Below, one piece after another: positions 1 through 10,908 of a stretch of DNA of 64,000 bases (position 1 is its first letter; each line of letters opens with the position of its first letter). The DNA is from Cyanophora paradoxa CCMP329 (Eukaryota > Plantae > Glaucophyta): contig QPMI01000212.1 of assembly GCA_004431415.1 (NCBI GenBank), positions 81,678 to 145,677 on the forward strand. Direction: 5' to 3'. The position numbers were made by a program, and so were the translations under genes. The notes below the pieces were generated by a model that was not told the DNA's origin, made no database searches, and was given only the letters and a program-made list of their open reading frames with translations.

Positions 1-364
1 GGAGTGGCTGGTGGCCGAGAAAGACGCCCTGGACCTCGCGCGGCGGCGGCGGGCGCGCCTGCCCCCCGCGCAGCAGGCCGACGAGCCCCCGCTCCTGCCC
101 CGCGACGAGGCCCTGCGCTCCATGGACGAGGGCCGGCTCGTCCCGGAGGCCGAGGCTGCCTCGCGCCTCGGGGGCACCCGCGCCGCCGTGCGCGAGGCGC
201 TGCGGGCGGGGCGCCTGCCCGGCGCCCGCTACTTTGCGGAGCGCCAGGAGGGCGTCCGCTGGCTCGTGGAGGCCGAGGGCCTGCCCCCGCCCCGCCGCAG
301 GGGCCGGCCCCGCTCCGCCCCGCCCCCGTCCCCGCCCCCGTCCCCGCCTCCGGAGTACCAGTAG
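1..364 (+). CDS. 3' end of a putative DNA-binding protein: excisionase/MerR-like winged-HTH motif plus AT-hook (5'-truncated by window edge)
   Basis: Reads EAASRLGGTRAAVREALRAGRLPGARYF..VRWLV (HTH_17-like pattern AAxxLG..V...GRLP...W.V), then RRGRPR (AT-hook core), stop TAG 362-364. Confidence 0.5.
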   Translation, partial: EWLVAEKDALDLARRRRARLPPAQQADEPPLLPRDEALRSMDEGRLVPEAEAASRLGGTRAAVREALRAGRLPGARYFAERQEGVRWLVEAEGLPPPRRRGRPRSAPPPSPPPSPPPEYQ

Positions 365-845
365 CCGCCCCGCCTGCCTGCCTCCACACAGCTAGCGCCC
401 CGCCCCGCCCCGCCTTTCTCCCCTTTATTTCATGCTGAATTTAATGCTCATACATGCAAATACTAACTTTACGCCAACGATCAAGCGATCACGAAACTTG
501 AGATTGCGCATGCCTGCGTGCCTATAACTACAGCTGCCTGCGCGGCGCATGCAGCTGACTGCGCATGCCGACGCCGTGACGGAGTCTAGATCTGGATTCG
601 ATGATCTAGATCTGAGACTTGCCGCCGCTCAGCCTGGCAGCGGCTAGCGCTGGCGGCCCGGCGGCCCGGCGGCATTCCTGCAGTGCACGTGATTGTAATC
701 ATGACTCACGAGTCATGACTCTTTAATGAAAGAGTCTAGATCTAGCTAGAATGAGATGATTGAGCTCAGCGGCTCAAGAGCAAGCTCTAGAGAGATCCAA
801 ATAGATAAAGCAACCGTTGAACGACTGGCGAATCATTGAATCAGT

Positions 846-888
846 GCACAGGCCTCGAGGCAGCACAGGCCTTGAGGCAGCACAGGCA
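846..888 (+). repeat. Short tandem repeat, ~17-nt unit (gcacaggcctYgaggca) x2.5
   Basis: gcacaggcctcgaggca gcacaggccttgaggca gcacaggc read directly. Confidence 0.7.
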
Positions 889-1486
889 ACAAAGCAAAGG
901 GCACCCGGATATTCGAGCCCCCCTGCGGGGCCGCCGCCGGGGCGCAGGATCGCATTATCCGGGTCCTGCGGGGCCCGGGGCCGCCGCAGCCTGGCAGGAC
1001 CCTGCTATAGCTATGTCCACAGTGTTGCTATTTCTTCAAACTCGTATTGTGCATCCATCTCTGAATTTACAAAAAGCGATATCGATGCAAAGCTGCAGTG
1101 TAGAGCTGCAGCACTGGGCCTCCACGGCCAGCAGAGCTTACAAAAATTTACATAAGCTAGTGCTTTGGAAGACTAAAACGCTTAGAAAATCAAGAGAGCG
1201 TGGCAATCTTACATAGGAGTATACATGTGGCAAGGCACGTAGACGCATGTACGTGAAAAAGCATTCAGATGTAAGGGGCCGTATGTTCTGCTAGGAAATT
1301 TAAAGCGCTGGAGGGCCAACGGCGAGTGAGCCAGCGAGCCAAGGCCACCGGCAGACCGGAGCAGCGCATGCCGGCACGCCGGGGGCCCAGAGAACGAGCT
1401 CGTCATTGGCAGCGCCCGGGCCGGGGAGGGGAGGGGGGGGGGGGGGGGGGGGTATTGGAAGGGAACGGGCCGGGGTGGTCGGGTCG

Positions 1487-4470
1487 TCAGGAGGCGGAGA
1501 GGCGCCCGAAGAAGGCGGAGATCGAGTCGAAGAGGCCGCCCTCCGGCGGCGGCGAGGGGCTCCCGCGCGGGCCCCCGTACCCCGGCCCGCGCACCCCGCC
1601 GGGGCTCCCCGGCGGCCCGTACCCCCCGCCGGGGCTCCGCGGGGGGTCGTACCCCGGGCCGGCGTGGGGGTAGCCGAAGCTGGCGCGGCGGAGGTCGGAG
1701 GAGGTGAGGCTGGCGCGCCGCTCGTGGGCGGCCGCCTCGGAGCCGTGCGGGAAGGCGCGGCGCCGGGGCGCCCCGTCGGGGAGCTCGCCCTCCTCGCGGC
1801 CCGCGAGCGCGACCGGGCCCGCGGCTGCGGCCCGTGCGGGTCCCCCGGTGCGCCCCCGCCCGCTCGCGCTCCCCGTACGGGCTGCCGCGCGCCCCCCCGT
1901 GCCCCGAGCTGCCCCTGCGCCCGCCGGCCTCGCTCAGGAGGGGCTGCGGGCGGGCGGGCGGGCGGGCGGGCGGGGCGGACCAGGAGTGGTTGGAGGAGGT
2001 CTCGGAGGCGTCCCAGTGCGGGCCGCGGCCCCCGGCGCCGGGGCTCGCCCCGGGCCAGCGGCCCCCAGGCGGGCGGCCTCCGCGGGGCCGGCGGGGCGCG
2101 GCGAGGCGCGGGGCGAGGCCTGAGCGATCGCGAAGGCCCGGCTGAGGGTCGCCGCCGAGGGCGACCCGAGGCGGGCCCCCGCCACCGGCGTCGGCGCCGG
2201 CGCCTCCATGCCTCCCTTGCGCCTCGGCCGCTGCTCGGCGCGGCCTTCGCTCAGCAGAGCGGGCGCGCGGTGGCGGGGCGGGGGCGGGTGCGGGCGGGGC
2301 GGGGCGCGCCTGGAACTCGTCATAGGAACCCCCGCCGCCGTCGGCGGCGGCGGCGTCGGCCATCGAGTTGTGCGGGGCCACCGGCGGGGCCCGCGGGCTC
2401 CTCAGGCCCGACCCGGGCGTCCCGGGCCTGTCGGGGGCCTCGTCAGGGCGGGCGGGGCGAGCGGGCGAGCAGGCGGGCGGGCGCGGGGCGTGGTGCTTGC
2501 CGGTGCGGGCTCGCGGCCGCGTAGTCGTCCGGGCCGGGCGTGCGGGGCCGGCGCCCCGGGCCGGCGGGGCCGCCCGGGTGTGGGCTGTGGCTGCGGGGCC
2601 CCTGCGGCCCCTGGCCCTGGGGGTGCTGGCCCGCCCCGGAGCCGCGCGAGCTGCTGGCGCTGGAGACGCTGCCCCACTCGGAGCGGTCGGCGAAGACGCC
2701 GGCCCCGCCGAAGGCCGTCTCCCGCAGGGGCCCCAGCTCCCACACCACCGCCCGCCCGTCCTCGCACGCCGCCGCCAGGCGCGAGCCGTCGGGCCCGAAG
2801 GCCAAGGCCGTCACGGGGGCGACAGTTCCCCCGAGGTCCCGCACCCGCGCCCCGCCGTTCGCCACGTCCCACACAATAACCTGAGCGCGAGCCGGGCGAG
2901 GGCGCCTGAGCGCGGCTGGGGGCAGCGGGGCGAGGCGGGGCGCACCAGGCCGTCCTGCCCCGCAGAGGCCAGGAACTCGCCGTCGGCCGTGTACGCCACC
3001 TGCTCGGATGAGCTAGGCGGGGGCGGGGCGGGGCAGGGTAAGGGGGGACGGGCCTGGGCGGGGTAGTCGGAGTGGCCGTGCAGGCGCGCCGAGGGGCGAC
3101 CGCGCTCCGCGTCCAGCAGCAGGACCTGCGAGGCGGAGCCCCTGCTCAAGAGGCGGCGAAGGGGGCGGGAGGGGCGGGCGGGCGGGCCTCGTTCGTGTAG
3201 AGGCCGGCGGCGAGCTGGCGGCCCCGCGGGCTGAAGGCGAGGCACGCGGCGCTCCCGCCGCCGCACTCGGCCGTCCAGCTGCGCTGACCGCTCGGCACGA
3301 ACCACATCGAGACGGTCCCGTCCTGCGGGGGTGCGGAGAGGGGGCGGAGAGTCGCCGCCGTCAGAAAGCGGGAGGCGGGGCGGGGCGGGGCGCGGACCTC
3401 GTGAGCGATGGCGAGGTGTCGCCCGTCATTGGAGAGGGCCAGAGCCTGGTCGTCTCCCTTTGAGGCGCGGGCGGGGGGGGCGGGGCGGGGCGGGGCCGGG
3501 CGGGGCGAGGCGCACCAGGGGCAGTTCGCCGCAGCGGCGGCGCGGCCACGCGGCGCTCCGCGAGTCGACGTCCCACACGCCCTGCGCCCGGGTGGCGTTG
3601 GGAGGGCGCGCGGGGCCGGGGCGGGCGCGCGGCGCGGCGCGGGGGAGCGCACGACCTGCGCGGGAGCGTCGCGCGGGGCGGGGCGGAGACGGAGCGGGGG
3701 GAAGGGAAGGTGCGCACGCGGCCGTCGGCGTCGGCAAAGGCGAGGACGGCGCCGGAGGCGGCGAGGGCGATGCGGGCGACGGGGCCGGCGGGCCGTGCCC
3801 CGCGCCCACGCCCTCGTCCGAGAGCGCGTCCAGCCGCCCGCTCGCGTAGTCCAGCAGAAAGAGCGTGTCGCCTCCCTGCGCCGCGCGTCGGCGGCGGCTC
3901 GGGCGGGCGGCGGGCGGGCGGGGCGGGGCGCGCGTTGGCGGCGGCGACGAGGTCGGGCCCGCGGAAGGCGAACGCCTCCACGCGGAAGCGCACGCGCGGG
4001 CCGCCCGGCGAGCGTCCCGCGTACTCCTGCCGGTAGTCCACCTTCTGCAGGCACCGCTGCGAGTCTGCCCGCCCGGCCCGCGGCCGCGCTCATGATCAGC
4101 GCGGGGCCGCCGCCGCGGAAGCGCGACCGCCAGCTCGCACCGAGCACATCCCAGCTGATCACCTGGCTCTCGCTCGTGCCGCACACGACTCCCCGGCCCT
4201 GCGCACCGCTCGGCTCGGCCGGAAAGCCGCGGGCGGAGGGGCGCTGGCCGCGGCGCATTCGAACCTGCGGGGTCCACGCGAGGGCAGTGCAGCTGCTCCT
4301 GTTGTCGAGCAAAGCCTGCAGACGCGGTTTCGGTGGCCGGGCGGCAGGACGAATGGCCGCGGGGGCGGCCAAACCTGCGGCCGCTGTGCCCGTGCAAGCG
4401 CGGATCGGGGAGTGAGCGACCCGCGCGGCGTCCTCCTGCCATCCTCGGGCCCGGGCGTTCTGGAGCGCAT
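1487..4470 (-). CDS. WD40-repeat protein with low-complexity Gly/Pro/Tyr C-terminal tail (multi-exon)
   Basis: Spliced exons give CTALAWTPQ, LALSNDGRHLAIAHE/DGTVSMW, LHGHSDYP..VAYTADGEFLASAGQDGL, LWDV, VTALAFGPDGSRLAAACEDGRAVVWE; ATG at 4470 (MRSRTPG..), stop at 1487. Confidence 0.85.
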
Positions 4471-4728
4471 GGCGATGTTGCTAAAGGGCCGCCCAGACTG
4501 GCTATTCGCTCATCGGAGCAGGTATCGAAGTTGATTGCAATCGTGTGGCAGCTGCAGCTGCGATCGGCCGTTCCCGCCGCGAACGCTTTGTACAGGTGAC
4601 GAGCGCGGAGCCGCGGCTGGCCGACCGCGTTCAGCTGCTTCGGCGCAGAGTCGACTCCGGCCGGGGCCACATTTCGGCCGCGGGCGCCCCCCGGCTCTCC
4701 GGTCGCCCCGCGCGGCGCGAACGGCGAG

Positions 4729-7700
4729 ATGGAGCATCAGGAGACGACAACGGGTGCGTTGAGCTCGCAAAGGCCCCAAATTTTGACCGGCGAGCGCTCG
4801 TGCGACGCGTGCCGACCCTGGGCGGCGCGCAGGGCTGCGCGATACCAGCAGGGAGTCGCTGGGGCGCATGCTCACCAAGATCGCGGAGAAGAAGCAGAAG
4901 CGCGAGGAGCTGGAGGCGTTGCACGGCGGCGGGCGCAAGAGCTCGAAGCGCGCGAAGAGCGACGGCGACTTCGCGTTCTTTGACCGCCTGGCCTCCACGT
5001 CCGCCGGCGCCGGCGCCTCGCTGCGGTTCGACCTGGGGCCGCCCGCGGGCGGCTCCTCCTCCTCGTCAGCGCCCGCCCCGCAGCCGCCGCGGCCGTCGCA
5101 GCCGTCGATCAGCAGCGCGTTCGGCCTGCGGCGAGGGGGCGGCGCGGAGGACGACGCGGCGGCGGGCGACGACGCGGCGCGGGAGGAAGCGCTCGCCGCG
5201 GGAAGCGAGGCCGGCGGGGCGGAGGCGGCGGCGGAGGCGGAGGCGGCGGCGGCGGCGGCGGTGCCTTGGGGCGACGACGGGTTCGAGGGGGAGCTGTGGG
5301 ACGAGGAGGGCCCGGGGCGGGCGGCGGGTACGACGGCGAGGACGAGGACGGCGCCTGGGAGGAAGCAATCGCCCTGCAGCCCGCCGCCGCCGGCCCCGCC
5401 GCGGCGCCCGGCGGCGCGGCGGCCGGCCCGTCGACGTCGGGCGCCGGCGCCGCGCCCGTCGAGTTCGTCGCGAGCGTCGAGCTGGAGGCGGCGGGCGGGG
5501 CGAAGGCGCGGCGGGGCGGCCGGCAGCTGACGGGCGAGCAGCGGGCGGCGGCCGTCGCGGCGCACCGCGCGCACCTGCTCTGCCTCACGGCCCGCGCCGC
5601 CCGCCTCTCCGCCGCCGCCGACGACCCGCTGCTCCAGGCCACGCTCCTCTCGCGGGCGCCGCCCTGCCCCGCCCCGCCCCGCGCCGGGCCCGCCGCCGGC
5701 TCCCTCACCGCCGGCGCCGTCGCCGGCGTCGCCTCGTGGCTGCGCGCCTCTCTGCCCCCACCGGCGCCGGCCCGCGGGGCGCACGACCCCTTCTCCGCCC
5801 CCGCCCCGGCCGGCGCCTCCGAGGTGGTCGACCTGGAGGCGGACGACGACGCCCACGGCGACGCCGACGCCCCGCGCGCCCCGCCCGCCCCGCCCGCCCC
5901 GCCCCGCCCCGCCCCGCTGACTCCGCGCAGTGCGGCCCTGAGCTGCGGGAGCGGCTGCAGCGGGCGGCGGCGGGCGGGCGGGGGGCCCGTGCCGGCCCTC
6001 AGCGCCACGGAGGGCGCGGTGCTCTTCGTGGCTGCGCTGCGCGCCCTCGGCGCCCGCGCCCGCCTCGTCTGCTCCCTCCACGTGCGCCCCTGTTTTGTCG
6101 ACCGGCCCCCGCCCTCGCCCTCGCCCTCACGGCCCCGCAGCCGGTCTCGTACAAGGACCGCCGCCTGCACGAGGCCCTCTGGGGCGCCCCGCCGCCGCCG
6201 GGGCGGGACCCAAAGGAGGAGAAAGGCGCCCCGGCCTCCGCCCGTGCGCCGCCCGCCTGCCGTCGTCGGTTGGCGCGGCGCTGAGGGGCGGCCGCCTGCG
6301 CCCGCAGGGGTGCCTCGCTGCTGGACTTGCTGGAGACGATCTGCGGGCGGGAGCCGGCGGCGGGCGGCGAGGGCGGCGGGGCGGCGCGGGGGAGGGCCGC
6401 GGGGCGCCCGGGGAGGGGCCGGGGCGCGGCGCGGGGCCGGGGCGGGCGGCGCGGGGCTGTGGAGGCTGAGGCGCCCTCTCTCGCGGCGGTCGTCGCCCGC
6501 GCCCGGCGCGGCCGCGGCGGACGAGGCGGCGGGAGCGGCGGCGGCGGCGGCGGCGCGGGCGTGGCGGGGCGGCGGGGGCTCTGCGGGGCGAGGTGCCGGC
6601 GTGGGCCGAGTTCCTGCTGGGGCCCGACGGCTTCCGGTACCCCCGCGCGCCTCACCCTTGCCCGCCGCGTCACACGGGGGCGCAGGTGGGCGGCGGCGGA
6701 GCTGTGGGGCGGGGCGGTGGACGACCCCGCGGGGGCCGTGCGCGCCGCCTGCGGGCCGGGCGCCCCGCCGGCCTTCGTGGTGGGCCTGGAGGCCGGCCGC
6801 GCCCCGCGGGAGCTGAGCGCGCGGTACGCCCCGCGCTGGTCGGCGGCGCTCGCCGAGCGGCGGGCGGCCGGCGAGGCCTGGGCCGCCGCTCTCGCCGCCC
6901 TGCGCCTCCCGGGGCCCGAGGGCGGGCCCGAGGCCGCCGCCGCCGCCGCCCCCGCCGCTCGCGCCCCCGCCGGCGTCAGCGCCGAAGACATCGAGGAGGT
7001 GCCGCGCGCCGGGGCGCCCGCGCGGCGGCCTCCGACGCGCCGGGGGCCAGGACCGGTGCGCGCGGGAGGAGGCGGAGCTGGCGGGGGCGGCGCAGGACGA
7101 GCCCGTCCCCACGACCCTCGCCGCCGCCAAGAGCCACCCCCAGCGCGCCCCGCCCCGCCCCGTTCTCCGCTTCCCGTCCCGAGCGCGCCCCGCGGGGCGC
7201 AGGTACGTCCTGGAGCGGCACCTGAAGAAGTACGAGGGGCTGCACCCGCGGGCCCCCGTCGGCTTCATCGGCAAGGAGGCGGTGTACCCCCGCTCGGCGG
7301 TGCGCCTCCTGCACACCCGCGAGCGCTGGCTCCGCGAGCTCCGCCAAGTCCGCGTGCGCCGATACCCCTCCCGCTCGCCCGCGCCCGCCCCGCCCGCCCC
7401 GCCCACGCCGCGCGGCTCCGCGGCAGGAGGGCGAGGAGCCGTTCAAGGTGGTCAAGCACAAGCCGCGCGGCTCGGGCTCGGGCCGGCGCGGCCCTGGCCC
7501 GCGGGGGCGCCCCGTCGGCCCCGTCGACGTCGCCGGCGGGGGCGGGGGCGGGGAGGCTGAGGCGGGGGAGGAGGGCGGACCCGCCCTCGAGCTGTTCGGA
7601 GAGTGGCAGACGGACCCCTGGCTACCCCCCGCCGCCGCCGGCGGCAAGGCGCGCCCCCCGCGAGTGCCGCCGGCCGCTGCTTCTGACGCGGGCGGCGCAG

Positions 7701-8446
7701 GTGCCGAGGGGCCCGCGGGGCCACGTCGAGCTCTGGACGCCGCGCCACGTGCCCCGCGGCTGCGTCCACCTGCCCCGTGCGCCCCGCCGGGCGGGAACCG
7801 GGCGGGATTCGAGGTCTGACCCGGCGCCGGCGGGGCGCGGCAGAGGCGCGGGCGTGGCAGGCGGCCAAGGCCCTGGGGGTCGACTACGCGGACGCCATGA
7901 CGGGCTTCGAGGCGCGCCGCCGCCCCGCGCGCCCCGCGCCCTCCCCTCCGAGCGGGCGGGCGCGGGCAGGTGCGGCAGGGCCGCTCGGTCCCCAAGTTCG
8001 AGGGGGTCGTCGTCTGCGCCGAGTTCGCCCCCGCCGTCCGCCAGGCGCGCCCCGCTCCGAATCCGCGCCCGGGCCCGTCGACGTCGGCCTGAGCGGCTGA
8101 GCGGCGGGCGGGCGGGCAGGCGCTGGCGGAGCAGGAGGGCCGCCGCGAGGAGAAGGAGCGCGCCAGGCGGGAGGCGGCGCTGCTCGACCGCTGGGGCGCC
8201 CTCCTCCGCGCCGCCGCCGCCCGCCGCCGCCTCGCCGAGGCCTACGGGCCCGCCGGCCCTGCCCCGCCCCAGCCGCACGGCTCCGGCTCCGCCTCCCCTG
8301 CGGGGGCGGGGGCGGGCCCGGGGCCCGGGCGCGGGGGCCGGTGCGAGCGGCACGCGTTCGAGGATGCGGGGGAGGCGGGGGGGGAGGGGCCGCCCCTGCA
8401 GCGCTGCAGCCGCTGCGGCCTCCTCGCCGCCGTCGAGCGCATGTAG
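4729..8446 (+). CDS. XPC: DNA damage recognition protein XPC/Rad4
   Basis: HRAHLLCL, LFVAALRALGARARLVCSL, WAEF (transglutaminase-like domain); YVLERHLKKYEGLHP, VYPRSAVRLLHTRERWLRE, LFGEWQT, VPRGPRGHVELW..VPRGCVHL, LGVDYADAMTGFE..PKFEGVVVC (BHD1-3); C-terminal H/C motif CERHAF..CSRCG; first intron places ATG 4729 in frame. Confidence 0.93.
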
Positions 8447-8665
8447 CTAGCTGGCCATGGCCGGGCCGCGAGGCTCTTCAATTTCGCAGGAAACAGCAAA
8501 ACAATATTAATCGGGGGCCGGCCGACGAATGTAAGACGCATGCGCAATGGCTTCCGCCGACTGGGGCCCAGTCTGGGGGACCAGTGGGGGTACATGCAAC
8601 CTCCGTAGTCGCTGTGTGCGCTAGCCGGCGCCCCGCGGTGTCGATCGAGCTCATCCACCGGAGCG

Positions 8666-9968
8666 ATGGCATTAACTGCGCATCATCCTTTTCGAATACA
8701 GCTCGCTGGCTGGCGTAGGTGGCGATGTCAGCGAATGTCGGCGCCAGCTGCGTATGCAGCGGCAGGCGCAACCGGCCGCTCCACCGGCATGCGCAGACTT
8801 TACAGCGACATCTCTTTGTACCGTGCCATCATCCCGGGTGCGCACAGTCTGTTGGCGTCGTTCTCTTCCGATCGATATCAGATCCGCTGACGCGCGCGCG
8901 CCGCGCGTAGTCGAGAAGGTGGAAGAGGCAAAGGAAAAGCTGCGGCGGCGGAACAATGTCGAGCGCGAGGGCCTGCATATCGTCATGCTGGAAGGGCCCG
9001 GCGGCGCCAACAAGGGCGGGCTCCTCGCGCGCCTGCAGGCACTCGGCTACACGACGCACAAGCGAGTTCGATTGTTGGCTTTGCGTCGCGCGTGTCGGCG
9101 TTCGCGCGCCGCTGATCGACGGCTCACGCGCGGCGCGGTACCGGTTGCAGCACTCGGTACATTGACCTTTACAAAAAGGTGGGCTGTATCGCACTGCGGC
9201 GCCTCTGTACCGTGCGGCTCTGCGGCTCACGCCCGCGGCGGGCACCGTCCGCAGTATCCGAGCTACGACACCTTCGGGGGCATCCTGGGCGTGCGCTGGG
9301 CGGCTGCCTGCATCGACGCCGTCGAAGCGCTGCACCGCCGCTATGAGGTCTGCCGGCCGTGGGCGGCTGGCCTTGAACTCGAAACCGAACTCCCGCGGCG
9401 CAGAAGGAACCGAGCTCGTTCCTTGGGGGCCTGGCCTTCGTGCACCGCTCGCCCCTCTCGCCGAGGATCCACTATCGAGCCAAATACGGCATCCCAGATA
9501 CCAAGTATGGGGATGCAGAACACATCATCATGGCTGCAAGAGAGCTGGCGGACTACGGCTGCTCCGTCATCCTCTGCAAAGCGGACCCGGAGGCTACCAG
9601 CCGCACCCTCTCGTGCGTACCCCCCTCGCCAGGGGTACGGCTTCCAAGGAACGAGCAGCGCCCTCGCAGCGAGCGGCGCGCGCAGGCGGGGAACGTGGAG
9701 CGGGCGCTGCGGGAGCGACTCGGCGAAGACGATGCGCGGTACCAGGTACCCCTCCAGCGCCCCCCCCCCCCCCCCCCCTCCTCCCTAACCAATCTCTCCC
9801 CCCCTCCCCCCGCTTCTGAGCCTGGCCGATGGGTGTGTGCCGCCGCTGCAGAAATGGGTCCTCGACCTCTACGAAGAAAATGGCCTCTTCTGGCCCTTCA
9901 GGGGCGTCAGCGTCGTCACGACCGACTCGGAGCGCGCGGCGTCCGCGCTCCTCCGCGTGCTCGAATAG
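8666..9968 (+). CDS. P-loop nucleotide-kinase-fold protein (thymidylate kinase/PPK2-like), degenerate motifs; start uncertain (8666 or ~8789)
   Basis: IVMLEGPGGANKGG (Walker A-like), FVHRSPLS (DRS-like motif), VILCKADPE, last exon KWVLDLYEENG..LLRVLE*. Confidence 0.55.
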
Positions 9969-10379
9969 TTTTAAGCGCGATGAGACGGACGTATTGAGCA
10001 TGTCCCATATACGTGATCTTAGCCCTGCGCATGCAGCTCCGGATCCCCCAGCCTCCCGGCCTGCCCCCCTCCCCTTTTTAACCCCCCTTCGAATCCGTGT
10101 ACCCCGCGACGCGATACCGTGTCCCCGAACTTCGGAACGGCAGAGCTTGTCGGCAGGCCTCGGGTCTGGGCACGTGCACACGCCGCGCACGTGCACAGAG
10201 CTAGCCGGGCCTCTAGATCTAGATCTAGATCTCCAGCCCCGGGTACACAGCGGGACCCAAGCGGTCTCCAGATCCCCGGCGGTCTCCAGATCGGATACCG
10301 ACCCTCTCGTTGTGTTTGTAAAGAGGGCCGGCCGGCGCCGCTCTTCCAATTCTCCGGCGCGCGCAGAGCGGCCCCAACT

Positions 10380-10771
10380 GCAGGTCCTCTTGCTGACTGA
10401 GCTTCCCCCTAGGCCTCCAGCGGCCATGTTCGCAGAGGCCCCGCGGCCGGCCCTGTACCCGGGGGCCAGGGGGCCGGGCGGGGATTTTTCTCGGTGTCGC
10501 CCGACCCTAGCGGTGGCCGGGGCCGCCGTCAGGCTGCAATATATATATATATACCCTCGTTCTAAGCATACTTCCGGCGGCCCAAAGCGAGCACTCCGAG
10601 GCTCCTTCCTTAGCTGCACGCCCCTCGCCCGACGTTTCTGTACCCCGGCGGTCTTCAATTCGAACGCCGATCCCCTCGCTGCATTCGCGGTGAGCGAGGG
10701 CCGCTCTTCCGGATCCTAAGCTTCTGCACGCCCGGGGCGGCCCGCACCGCAGGTCCTTTTGCTGACTGAGC
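10380..10771. repeat. 23-bp direct repeats (10380-10402, 10749-10771) bounding ~350 bp
   Basis: gcaggtcctcttgctgactgagc vs gcaggtccttttgctgactgagc (1 mismatch). Confidence 0.65.
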
Positions 10772-10908
10772 ATGAGCTAGAATAGGCTGCACAAGTACAA
10801 GTGCGGCCGCCGCGCATGGCGAATGACTCTGCAAGAGCTGCAGAGCAAAGACTTCGAATTCCTGCGACCTGGAGTCCGGGACGGGCCAGCACACGGCGAG
10901 CTCGACGA

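Noticed and set aside
817-1216. ORFs in the first intergenic spacer
   Set aside because: Non-ATG starts, atypical composition, include a tandem repeat; no homology cues
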